Source: Haliotis rubra | Lineage: Eukaryota | DNA length: 64,000 bases | Assembly: GCF_003918875.1 (NCBI RefSeq) | Contig: NW_025766967.1 | Span: forward strand, 434,001 to 498,000 | Direction of reading: 5' to 3' | Translations under genes and position numbers: made by a program | Shown here: in pieces, positions 1 to 12,340 of the stretch | How the letters are laid out: each line of letters starts with the position of its first letter | How positions within the stretch are numbered: the first letter of the stretch is position 1 | Notes under the pieces: generated by a model | The model's database searches: none | What the model was told of the DNA's origin: nothing | Seen by the model: only the letters and a program-made list of their open reading frames with translations

Positions 1-28
1 GTGTTAATCAGTGTTGTATCATCTTCAG

Positions 29-3000
29 GCGGTGTGTGGTACTACACCAAAGAATACAGAGAAGGACAGGGCGCAAGAGCCTTCGATTATCTGAACACCA
101 ACGTCAGCAGGGAAATGTATGGGTTCAGTGACTTCCCTTACCCCTCCAACCTTCCGCCATTCCTGAACCGCACCATGGTCTACGACTACGTTCAGAGTTA
201 CTGCGAGACGTTTGGTCTTCGCAAACACATTCACCTCCGAACCAGAATCGTCAACATAAAGAAGGCTGCTGACTACAACGTCACGGGAAGATGGCAGGTG
301 GAGACAATGGATGCCCAGAAGAAGACGAAAACGGAAATCTATGACTTTGTGATGATCTGTTCTGGCTTCTACAAGAAGCCCCGAATTCCTCCTATTGAAG
401 GAATGGAGACATTCAAAGGGACCCTTGAACACACATACAAGTTCAGAGATGGTTTGCCCTACAAGGACAAGAATGTTCTTGTCATTGGTAAGTAATTAGT
501 TTTTCATGTATTTTCAAGACAGGGATAGTCTTTGTGATGACATCAACCAATTTGAAAAGCCCCAAAACACCACGAGCCGGTTAATATGGACATAAGGTCG
601 AATACACAAAACTATTTAAGCACATTTTGGACGCAACAACTTTTATGCGCATTCTGCTTTGTTTCCAAACGTTACGGGTGTGTCAATACAAACAAGTAAC
701 ATGATTGTTTATCTTTTTGATATGTAGGAAAAAATGGTTTAAATATCGATTATTTCAAGAGTGACTTTACAGGAGAAAAGACATCATTTTCCTCTTGCGT
801 TAGGTTTTTATCGCCAATGATCTTAGAACAAAGTTAATTCATAACTGCAAATCATCAAAATTGTACATAATTCTAATATTTTTGTCAGATTGACAAGCAG
901 CAGCATGATAAATATAACTTACGTGTCTGTTCTCCTGTGGATAATTTGGTATTGTTCCAAAGATCTGTAAGTATCTACTGCCATGTTTTTTAACATACAA
1001 GGATCACGAAGTCCACTTTTCAAAGGGTAAAAAAATCGGTAAGAATCATTAAACAGTATGGCTGTACCCCTGAACATGCACAAGTTTCTCTGCAATATAT
1101 TCCCACTTCCTACCCACAGGGAACTCCCATTCATCCGGGGATGTGTCAGTGGAGTCTTCCTGTTATGCAAAACAGGTACGTCATGTGGCTGGATAGGACC
1201 AATCGTTACACCATTATCTCTCATAATTTTAGATTTCCTTTATTATCGTCGTCATTGCAATGTCAGCGTTGAAGTGTTAGGCTGTACTGGTAGTATTCGT
1301 TGGTTGGGTGTTAAACGCCGCGTTCAGCAATATTCCAGCTATATGGCGGTGGGCTGTAAATTATTGAATCTGGACCCGACAACCCAGTGGTCAACAGTAT
1401 GAGCATCGATCTACGCAATTGGGATACGATTAAATGTGTCAACCAAGACAGCGAGTATGACCACCGGATCCCGCTAGTCGACAAGCTGAAGAACAATTCT
1501 AACCCGATGTTGACGGGTTGTCCTGATAGTAGATAGAACTGGTGGTGTGTTGTCTCGTGCATTGAGCCCAGGTCACACATCCGTTCAATTGAATATTGAA
1601 GAAGTCTTTAGAAGGGGGAACGTGTTTGATTTTTAGGAGTTTCAAGGCCACATGTGGTCTCACCTTAGGCAAGTGAGTTTGTTCAAACTTGCTACTCATT
1701 ATCAAGCGGCGGGATAGGTCTTATGGCTGTTTCTATACTACCTATCAACAGTTTAGACTCACTTAAAGCATTCACTATATGTTACGTACATACATATGGT
1801 TACATTGAAGATGAATTTCTATACTAACTTGAGGATACAACTGCAGACCTTATGCAGATGAATTGCACAAGGATCATGCATCAAATTGCTAAAAGGCATG
1901 TGCAAATATCGTGCATAGGAACAGCTGCGTTTTGGTGTAAAGTTGTGTTCAGAATTCGTCAATTTTCACTGAGTTTCATTATTTATTGAACTCATGGCAA
2001 TGATGTTTTCAATGTTACAAATTTGTTTTACAATACAGGTTAATATATAGGGGTCATGGGACAATATCAGGAGACAACAGGTTAATATATGGGGGTCATG
2101 ATAGAATATCAGGTCACGGGTTAATATATAGGGGTCATGAGAGAATATCAGGAGACCACGGGGTATTTTATAGGTTTCATAAAAGAATAAATGAATAAAA
2201 GAAGCACAAGTAAATATATGGAGAACATAAAATAATATGAAACTTGTTATACGAAAATAGCATCAGCAGTGCCAAATATTACGAGAGAAAATGCCACAAC
2301 TGTTCACGAATACAAGGCAAGTAGATTTCGTCAAGATTCGTGCACCTAACCGAACCAATATACTATGGTTTGCACACATATTACTGCTCCGTTTCTTTAT
2401 TCGTCTGCAGGTGTATTACAGTGTAGGGGACGGAATGCTCTTGTTGCCATTGTGTGTCAGAAACGGACAACCGTGGGACATAGCTGTCTTCAGACGGTCC
2501 AAGATGTGGAATCCAACGAAATTCTTCAAGCTGTTGGTCGACACATGCAATGAGCGTCTTGATCACAACAAGGCGGGCATCGCCCCCTCAACTCCCCCAT
2601 CAAGGACCAGAGTAATGCTCAACGATAGAGTTCAGTATAAAATCATGAACGGACGGATTAAAGTTGTCAGTAGACTTATCCGTCTTGGACCCCACGAAGC
2701 CGAATTCGATGACGGCACTGTCCTGAAGAACTTGGACGCCGTTTTGTTTGCAACTGGATACGATTTTTCAGTAGACTTTATGGATGAGCCATTTCAAGGA
2801 AGTAACTTTAAGAAATGTGGAAATGTAAACACAAATCTGTTCGAGTCATCATTTAGAAAAGTCAAGCTTTTCTGTTTCTGTTATTCTTTATTTTTGAATA
2901 GACAATAGTCTCATGGCAGTTAACAATTACATTCAAGATATATGTCCCAGTTTTAAAGAATATGCCATGACACTTATGTACAGAAGTTACCAGGAAACTG

Positions 3001-6000
3001 ATTGTGAAACATATTTCTATTCTTCCACATCCATACATTAGAGACTGACCACGGTGGTCTGGTTTAACAAGGCTGGGATTCTTTTGAAAGAATTGTTTCA
3101 GAGAACATTTTTTAAACGGCATCAAGTTTTGTCTTCCAAGAGATGGTTACACTTGTTGTCCTTGGAGAAACATACTACATAGAGAAATGTTACTGTCCTT
3201 CAGAGAAGTAACTATTTGTTGCAGAGGATCGAAAGCTGGGTCTGTACAAGATGATGTTCCCCCTACATCAGCACCACACGCTGTCTGTTGTGGGTTGTGT
3301 GGACTCCGATGGATCGATTCCAGCATTGGCGGAGCTGCAGGGCCGATTCGTTGCACTGGTGTATACCGGCAAGCTTCGCCTGCCTTCACTGAAAGTCATG
3401 ACTGAGGTGACGGAGAAGATGAATGCAGATATCTTCGAAAAATATGGACGCTACAAATATCTGGTTAGTAAAACACCTGGCAAATGTACCACTAACCCTC
3501 TGTCTTATAGAACGACATTATTCCTAATACAGTCGATGCATGACTTCCTATCCATCCAAAGAAAGCATTTGAGACAAGTAAAATAGAAATAATATATATA
3601 AGAGACAAACCACTATGCTTAAAGCAAAGTATATTATATGATACCAAATACACTATGATCGTTATCAAATTTATTATTGATCACTTTCAAATAGTTATGA
3701 CACCACATTTTCGCGACACTGTGAAGTCCCGGTAGCGTTTGTCGTAACATATGCAAAGGCAAGTCAAGTGTTTATCTGAAAAGACATTGGTACATACAAG
3801 TGAAAATAGCGAATTACATCAAACATTATTTGGTCACTGATATCTGTTTGCTATGTCCCCCACATGTCTACAGTAACAATGTTTTGATGAATCAGCTTCA
3901 TTGAAATCCTCCTACATTGTCCTTCACAATGTGTTGAATGTGGACACCAAGGGTGAAGGTCAAGAGTCTTGCCCAACCTAATAGACGATCTGACTGGTGG
4001 AATGCTGACGTCTCCCATTTGAAATCTTTAAGCAAAGATCTAAGTACGATACAAATAGGTATCATTCCTGCATGAGGTCGGGAGAGAATGGATTATTTGA
4101 CTATAATTGAATAATATCAGACCATGAACATCCCAGAAGCTTCTTGTCATTTACCAAGAACTGAGAATAAACTGTAATTCATTTCCACAAAAACTTTGTA
4201 TGAACTATTGTGTCTGAAGTTTCTATAGCCTATATAAATTGTAACTACCGATGACATTTTCATGGATTAACAACAATTTAAACAATGCATACAATTGATA
4301 TACTGACCCGAGTATACTACTAACAGATTCCATAGTCTTAAAATATCCAAACAAAAGTCCACTGCACGATTCCGTCATGGGTATTGTTTGTGAATTAACA
4401 TCAAATAGCGATGATCAGTACAGTGACGTGTGAACGTCACAATCTGTACGGTTGACATTGAAACGTTTGAATGACCCAGTTTCAAGTAGCTTACCATCCT
4501 CGCTCATCACACTGCAGGATTGTCTCCTCAGATCTCTACTTCTCTGGATAATTCAATATTATGAACGGATAAATGGAAGATAGTTAAAAATGGGACGACC
4601 AAATGGATCTTTGGTACGACAAAATTTCGTTATCATCCAACGGCACGCACCACGTCGTGTCCAATAATTGTTGTGATAGTATGTCGGCCAACATATACTA
4701 CCCATCAAAAGTTTAGACTCACCTCAAGCACTCACTATATCTTATGTATATATATATGGTTACATCGAGATGAATTTCTCCGCTAACTTGGGGGAACCAA
4801 CTGCAAACCTTATGCAGATGAATTGCACGAGGATCATGCATCAAATTGCTGTAAAGCATGTGCAAATATCGTGCACGTGAACAGCTGCGTTGTGGTGTTA
4901 CGTTTTGTTACTGAATATTTTATACTGAATGGAATATTTTGCAAAATCAAGTTTAGAACAGTTGCCTGGAGTAAGTGGCTACATTAACACTAGTGAGTCT
5001 AAACTTTTGATGGGTAGTGTATATATGGAAGCTAACATGAAATAGCAAAATACGTTTTAAACAATTACAACAATACCCAAATGGCCAAGGTTTATAACTT
5101 GAGGCACCATAATTATGCCAAATGTAACGTTAGCTATGTGAGTATACCGTGATTAAATTTATCGGGATTATTACAACCATTTAGAGTAGAGTGAGTATGG
5201 TTTTACGCCGACTTTTGCACTTTTCCAGCAATATCACGGCGGAGGTCAATCAGCAATATTCCAGCGATATGGCGGCGGTCTGTAAATAATCGAGTCTAGA
5301 CCAGACAATCTAATGATCAACAGCATGAACATCGATCTACACAATTAGGATACGATGACATGTGTCAGCCAAGTCAGCGAGCCTGACCACCCAATCCCGT
5401 TAGTCGCCGCTTACGACAAGCGTGGGTTACTGAAAATCAATTCTAACCCGGATCTTCATGGGTTATCACGGTTGGGGACACCAGAAATGGGGAAACGTGG
5501 GGAATCCAGCTCGGGACTTCAGCGTGACGTGTAAACGCTTTAACCACTAGGCTATCCCAACCTCGCCATATAGCATATCCCGAGTCTACACGTATAGGTA
5601 TAGGGTTAGAATATGGTTCTTCCATGACCCCCTGTGATATTGCTGGAATATTGCTAAAAGCGGCGTAAAACTAAACTCACTCACTCGCTCTTTCATGATC
5701 CCCTGTAAGTTGTCGTCAGAGGTTTTGACATGGAGTGGTGGGCATCCGTTGTCACTGCGTCACCGGTTCGTCTGGCCCAGAATATTTCCAGATTTAAGTA
5801 TTCCCTTCCTCAATAAAAACCCCAACATATCAGGTACTATGAAATATATGTTAAATATTTCAGATACCCAACCTTCCTTATCGAGACGACATTGCAAAGC
5901 AGATGGGCGTTGCCCCCTCCTTGTTTGACTTGATCAAGGCAGGTCCAAGACTCGCCTACCAATACTACTACGGACCTGCCTTCCCATACCACCATCGACT

Positions 6001-6205
6001 GTGGGGGCCGCATTCCTGGAGCGGAGCCAGAGAAGCGATCGACAATGCCACAGAACACGGGCACTATGGCAAGCAAATGCGACATGTCCAAGGGCCGGAC
6101 ATTCCTGCAACAAACCGCTTCCTCAGATTCATAATTGTTTCTGCAATGATTGCCATGTTGGCTTTGGCCTATCAGAAGAGGGAATGTTTCTGGTTGTCAG
6201 GGTGA
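29..6205 (+). CDS. Flavin-containing monooxygenase (class B FMO, dimethylaniline monooxygenase-like), 5'-partial; exons 29-487, 1120-1175, 2411-2801, 3225-3463, 5864-6205
   Basis: Spliced translation shows GGVWYY, TNVSREMYGFSDFPYP, the FMO fingerprint FKGTLEHTYKF (FxGxxxHxxxY/F), VLVIG, LFATGY, AELQGR, GPAFPYHHRLWGPHSWSGAREAI and a C-terminal hydrophobic anchor. All introns are GT..AG with matching phases (1,0,1,0). The 56-nt exon 1120-1175 was read by hand; the ORF track does not show it in this frame. The N-terminal FAD-binding exon lies upstream of the window. Confidence 0.93.
1300..1520 (-). mobile_element. SINE family B copy (diverged, internally deleted) in FMO intron
   Basis: Matches the repeat at 11411-11655, 33191-33439 and 53665-53911. 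Confidence 0.75.
1736..2037. mobile_element. Truncated copy of the ~424 bp Tc1/mariner-type MITE
   Basis: Left TIR tactacctatcaacagtttagactcact after TA; body matches 29666-30089; right end absent. Confidence 0.75.
2036..2165. repeat. Short tandem repeat, ~40 bp unit, ~3 copies
   Basis: caggttaatatatagggg-tcatg..aatatcagg repeated. Confidence 0.7.
4696..5019. mobile_element. Tc1/mariner-type MITE, internally deleted
   Basis: TIRs (T/C)ACTACCCATCAAAAGTTTAGACTCAC at both ends, flanked by TA. Confidence 0.85.
5186..5568 (-). mobile_element. SINE family A copy interrupted by a family B copy (~5249-5463)
   Basis: Family A tail at ~5186-5242 resumes at ~5464-5568; family B body lies between; tatcacgg is repeated either side. 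Confidence 0.7.
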
Positions 6206-6563
6206 CTTGGTTAAATGCTATACAGCAAATAGACTACGGAGGGTCAAATTACCTGCAAATACCACAGCGAATTATTTGTCTTGTATGATAAGACAGATGC
6301 ACATGTATTTGTAAGCAGTTTAAGTTTTTGGAAAGAATATGTTATAGTACTTACTGCTGGATAAGGTACTATTTGCAACGTTGTTACTTTCTGCACAGAG
6401 TTACTTCCCGTCGATATGTCAGTTTGTGGGCCTTGAGGAGTGGAAAATATTTGGCAAACATGACTATGTTTACTGAGATATTTTTAATGTATTTTACTGA
6501 AGACCTGGACACACTGTACTATGTTGTATGCATAATTATACAACCTACTGTATATCGTTCGTA

Positions 6564-8268
6564 TACTACACATCAAAGGTTTAGACTCACTTAAAGCACT
6601 CACTAAAGTACTGTCGGAAATGCTAGAAAAATGCTTTTTACCCTTAATATCTTTATAAAGGTGATAAATGTACTATGTTGTCAATATATCAACTCGCCTA
6701 TTGTCTACCTAATTTTTATTTCAATCGATTTAACATTCCCATGCATTTAAAGGGCAGTTTACAGGAGAGAATTTGGTACCAAAGCAGCAACTTAAACAAC
6801 AGAAATCTGAAATAGTCTTTACATTTATGCTAATAATACAGGTGGTGTAAAAATATAAATTAACATTTTTCCTACACAAATAAATGTTGAATGTTCATGT
6901 TACTTTACTTAATTATCGTTTTCTTTATTGAAGAAATATTAATATAAATGTTAAGTCTTAATAAACAAGTTTCCCGTCATGCATGCACATCTTTATCATA
7001 GCGTCCACTATGGCCAACGATTTGCAGTCGGTTGTTGCAAAGCTTTATAGGTTTTTCTGCTTAAAAAAGACAGAGGTAACCTTTCATTAGTTTAGAAAGG
7101 GTTTATTACAGAACTTGCAGAGCTGTTGGCATGTCTTACCAACAAGTTTACAATATTGTAAACAAATCAGACAAGACAGGGACCGTCTCAAATGCAAAAC
7201 CGGGACGTAAAACCATCTTTGACAACTTTGACAAGGGAATGCTTAGACGGGCGGTCTACAAACTTTATGAGAAGAAAAATATATATATTCTAAAGAATCT
7301 ACACCAGTGACTTCGTTCAATCTTTGGCCAATGTTCACAACTGACCGAATTACATCCATATTTGTTCAATGAAATATACTGTTGACATGCAAAACATTTA
7401 TTAAAACGTTGCACATTTCTACAATCAATCGATAAGATAACACAAGTGATAGGATTCTTTCCAATGTACAGTAATTCGTATGTTTATTTCAAAACAAACA
7501 CACACACGCAAATGATCCCTTACATAACTGATACGTATACTATACGTACACATATTCAACATTTTGAACAAAACATCTATTAAATGACCCCTCACCCGAG
7601 CGTGTGCTCAGGTGTCAATTTCACCTGTCGATACCGTGCATGCTGATGATGTAACACAGGCAGTTAATGTTTGTATCAAATAACGTCCCACTACCCCTTA
7701 TTTTTCTAAGTTTTTGGTATTTTCATCAATAAAAACACATTTTAGATCATGTCTCAAAATTTATTCCCTCGGTCTACATTAGGTAGATGTTTCTTGAAGT
7801 GATATTTGTTATTTAAGTATCTGTAATACCTCTGAATTTTAAATATAAGTCAAAAAGCATTTTTCTAGCATTTCCGACAGTACTTTATATGTTATGTATA
7901 TACATGGTTACATCTAACATGAATTCCTTCACTAACTTTGGGGAACCAACTGCAAACCTTATGCATATGAATTGCATGAGGTCCATGCATCAAATTGCTG
8001 AAAAGCATGTGCAAATATCGTACATGTGAATTGCTGCATTTTGGTGTGAGGTTTTGTTAAGAATTCGCCAATTTTCACTGAGTTTCATCATTTATTTAAC
8101 TCATGAATAATCTTTTCAACGTTACGAATTTGGTTTACAATACATCATTTCATGTGAAAACTGTACCGTTAAACCTTATGGAGTATTTTGCAACATTTAG
8201 TTCAGAACAGTTGACTGAAGTAAGTGGCTACATTTACGCTAGTGAGTCTAAACTGTTGATTGGTAGTA
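6564..8268. mobile_element. Tc1/mariner-type MITE split by a nested transposon
   Basis: TIRs at 6564 and 8268 with TA flanks; removing 6606-7885 plus one TA restores the family sequence cactatatgttatg. Confidence 0.85.
6606..7885 (+). mobile_element. Non-autonomous IS630-Tc1-mariner DNA transposon (1280 bp) with decayed transposase N-terminus
   Basis: 34-bp perfect TIR AAGTACTGTCGGAAATGCTAGAAAAATGCTTTTT, TA target duplication. Frameshifted remnant 7010-7310 reads MANDLQSVVAKLYRFF..PFISLERVYYRTCRAVGMSYQQVYNIV..GRKTIFDNFDKGMLRRAVYKLYEKK, resembling an HTH region. Confidence 0.85.
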
Positions 8269-8847
8269 TATTATACAGGAGTATTAAATTACATTCAAAC
8301 ACCAGCTGCTGCCTGGTTCCAGAGCTGACAGCTACAATATGTAACTCGCCATTATGTAGCCTGAATAAATAATCGGGAAAACGTCAGGCAACTTTGCTAA
8401 CAAACAAAAGATTTTCACAAGACGTATGGGTGCGCCGTTCTATTAACATGAGGAACCTCCCTTTGATTAATCTTCATGATTGCAGCTTTTATCACTACAT
8501 GTATCCTTTTATAGATAGTCTAACAAGATTAGCGTCCTATTAACTGTGTGTACACAGTGAACAATAAACAGTATAAAGGAATTTGTAAAGGCTTGTAAAC
8601 ATTGCACTATGAAAGGCTTTGACTGTTTATGTATCAGATTAATAAAGTTAGGTTTTTTTTCTTTGTTTGAAATGTGTTTATTCCTCTCTATAAAAAGGGC
8701 GATTCTGAAGATCCAACACTGTTGTAGTGGGTTATTATTTCACATCGTAGAATACGCTGCTGGCTTGATTTGGAATAAAATAATGTAAAGATTTTAACAC
8801 GTCTTAGTCGGAACATAAATCAAATGAAAGAAGCTTTCAATGGATCT

Positions 8848-9010
8848 GGGCCGGTGGGGTAGCCTAGTGGTTAATCACGCCCATCACGCCGAAAACCCGG
8901 GTTCAATTCTCAACATGGGTACAATGTGTGAAGCCCATTTCTGGTGTCCCCCGCCGTGATATTGCTGGAATATTGCTAAAAGCGGCGTAAAACTAAACTC
9001 ACTCACTCTT
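8848..9010 (+). mobile_element. tRNA-derived SINE family A
   Basis: Box A TAGCCTAGTGG, box B GGTTCAATTC, (ACTC)n tail, TSD aatggatctg. Confidence 0.88.
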
Positions 9011-11410
9011 AATGGATCTGATAAGTAAAATGAACCACAACAAACTTTTTAAAAAACAACAACAAACAAACCCAGAAATCTCCTGTAAATGTTGAGTTAG
9101 TTTTACGTAAACATGTGTTAGTCGGGTCAGTAAATATCCACATAATTGTCGATTCTGTTGTGCTCTCCCTGTGATGTCTGCACTCCCCACAAACAACCCA
9201 AACCGCCCCTTTTGGCACGCAAGCAACCTATCATCGTGGGGTCAAATCTGGGTTCGATCTCGTCAGTTTTCAAGGTTTGTCAGTACCATACCAGTGTTCC
9301 TCAGTTTCACCCAATTCTATACGTATGCCACTTGCTTCACTTCGGGCTTTCCTCCCCCGTTAAACCGTGATATAACTGACATATTGTTCCAAAGGTGTCC
9401 TCCCATTACGCAGACAGCCAGTTCGCAGACACCTTAAACAAACAACATTTACGGTTCAGTGAACAGATTATCTACTACCTGTTACCTACACAATATAATG
9501 GAATAGTCCAAATAAAAACGCAGGAACAACATGAAGCTATATTATTTATTTTGAAAGATGGACGAAAAGACAGTAACATGAATTTTTATTGCTGCAATAT
9601 AAAAACAGTTTATTTTCATAAACATTTCGGTTTAACCTTCTAGTCTAACGGGAGTCGGCATCATCATATTGAAAACATTAGCTTAGCTATTAGAAATCGC
9701 GACACTGTTGTATCATATAAATCAAATAAAGACAAATGTGAACCTAAATATTATTCATATGGAATAAATACGTTGTATGTTTTGCACACAATATTAAGAT
9801 ATATGACGAGTGCACTTAATTACGATTTATTCAGAATAAATATTTAAAATATGACACATCATGTCAATGTGGCCATGGATGTGAGAATGTTTTTCATTAC
9901 TTCCTTGAATGTCCATTGTACACTACTCAAAGACATAAACTGTTACAATCATTAGAAACGATTGTTAAAATTAGAACACTGATTTGTATTAATCGTATCT
10001 TACATGGCAATGCAGGTGTCTCATTTACTGCAAATCAGAATGTTTTCAAATATGTGCATGTCTATATCACTCCAACAAAACGTTTTCTCAGTTAACTTCT
10101 GTTGTACATATGCTATTATTGGGAGGGGACCTTTCTAACAATAAACACAATCAAACCTCTCAGTGACAAACCTGTTTTATATTCGATAGTAATTAATAGT
10201 AAAAACAATTTTGAGAAGAGAAATCATTTAGCATTTAAACACAACAAATTTCTATTTACCTACAATCAAACTTCTCAATAACAAACCTGTTTCAGGCTCA
10301 CCCTGCTCTACTCACTAGACAGTGGACTGTTCCATTATACCCATAGGTGTAACCCTAATTAACCTTCTAGTTCAGTGTCTGTCAATTGGGTGTCTGTGTG
10401 TCTGTCAAATGGGAGATAACCGTTCCAAAAGACGTTAAACGGAACCCACTCACTCACTCACGCTTGACTTGAAGCAGTGAACATGAAAGTGAACATGTGA
10501 CCATCGAACTTTTACATTATGCATCGTTGTTGATATATATCAGTATATTAAACTTTAAGATTGTCTGGTCCAGATTCAATTTTATTTACAGCTGGAACAT
10601 TGTTGCGTTAAACGACAATCAGGCAAATTAAATTCATAAGTAAAGACAACTTGTATACACTCCTCTTCAGTCATTTCACAGTCACTTGTTCAGACATACT
10701 TTGGTTTGTTTGTGTTGCATTGGGTTTTTCGTCGGTCTTCTCGTCACATGTCTCCTGTTTTCGCTGTACCTACTCGTAACACATTAACATTACTAGCGTG
10801 GAACCTCACGTATAATCTGCATTGTACACCACAATGGGAAGTAAAAATGCGTAAATGTACGGGCACTCACGCGGGTGTTCTTAAAATGGAAAACAAGATC
10901 ACTACCAAGAAGTTCTCTTTTAAGAAGAACGAGGTCACTTAACCTGAACAAGGTCGATCTACCTCTGTGTATGTATAGTGTGCGGTACCAGTATATCATC
11001 TACAGTCCTCCTATTAACATGGAAAACACTTGCATCCCTAAACAAGGGCGACGCCACAGAGTTGTGACGACAATATGTATACTGACTCTTGTCATCTCAG
11101 CAGCGCTGAACATATCGATGATTGTTCTTGTTTTGTTGCATACATTTTCTCGCAGTCACCCTGTAATCACAGCCGATACAAAGCGCATTGGGCAGGGATC
11201 TTTGTGCATTCCGTGTGAAACGCATAGGAGAGAGAAACGTACCTTGGCTCACTCCGAGTATGCCGATGTGGTACTTCTTCAGGGACGTCGGATATGCTGT
11301 CTGAGACATGCTAAGGGTCTAACACATCTTGTGTAACTTGTCAGTAAAGTGGTACATGTAACTAAAGACATATTTCGTATTAATAAACAGCCAACTATCA
11401 GCTGAATTTA

Positions 11411-11655
11411 GTGATTGAGTTTAGTTTTATACCACACTCAGCAATATTCCAGATATATGGCGGCGGTCAGTAAATAATCAAGTCTTGACCAGACAATCCA
11501 GTGATCAACAGCACGAGCATCGATCTGTTGAATTGGAAACCGATGACATGTGTCAACCAAGTTGGCGAGCCTGACCACACGATCCCGTTAGACGCCTCTT
11601 ACGACAAGCATGGGTTACTGAAGATCAATATTCTAACCCGGACCTTCACGGGTCA
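11411..11655 (-). mobile_element. SINE family B
   Basis: Full ~245 bp copy; shares the 3' tail (gctggaatattgct..aaaactaaactca) with family A. Confidence 0.85.
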
Positions 11656-12142
11656 ATGGAAGTTAATAAGAAAGGCTTAACATGTTGGATTTTGACAAAT
11701 CTGAGTATGACTCGTCCTAATACCCGTTGAACGGTTTTTGGAGTATGTGATAGTTTCCGAGCTTAAAGTGTGAGGAATGCACAAGTGATTCAGGTATCAG
11801 TTTTTGAAATTTACTACTGGAAAATCAAATGAGCCTGACAATAAAGCGGACAACTCCAGACCTGTAATTACGGTGAACTGGAGAATCGAGTAAATTGCTG
11901 TGAAAACCATTCTGGTATTTCAGTCTCTAACAAGAGCATTGTCTGATACATTGTCATCAAGTGTATATTTGATTAATATTTAATAATTAATTATGTTTGC
12001 AAACTGACCATCCAAATTGTCCACTTGTGTTAAAAATAGGTTTTTATTCTGTAAATAGAATAGTCGTGTATAATAAAAGACCAAAGTGATGCATTATTCT
12101 TTATCACACTGGTGAATCCCACCATTATAAAGATATAAAGAT

Positions 12143-12340
12143 ACTGGATCCCACTCAAGAATCGATGGATCCCACTCTGAAAAATCGTGGATCCCACTCA
12201 AGATCATTCGATCACTCCTCTGACACACCTCTTCACAGAGAATTGGCACCTAATCTGTGATATCGTGGATCCCACTCAAGATCATTCGATCACTCCTCTG
12301 ACAAAACTCTTCACAGAGAATTGGCACCGACTCTATGATA
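12143..12340. repeat. Local tandem duplication (~78 bp x2 plus partial copies)
   Basis: atcgtggatcccactcaagatcattcgatcactcctctgaca..ctcttcacagagaattggcacc occurs at 12184 and 12262. Confidence 0.85.
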
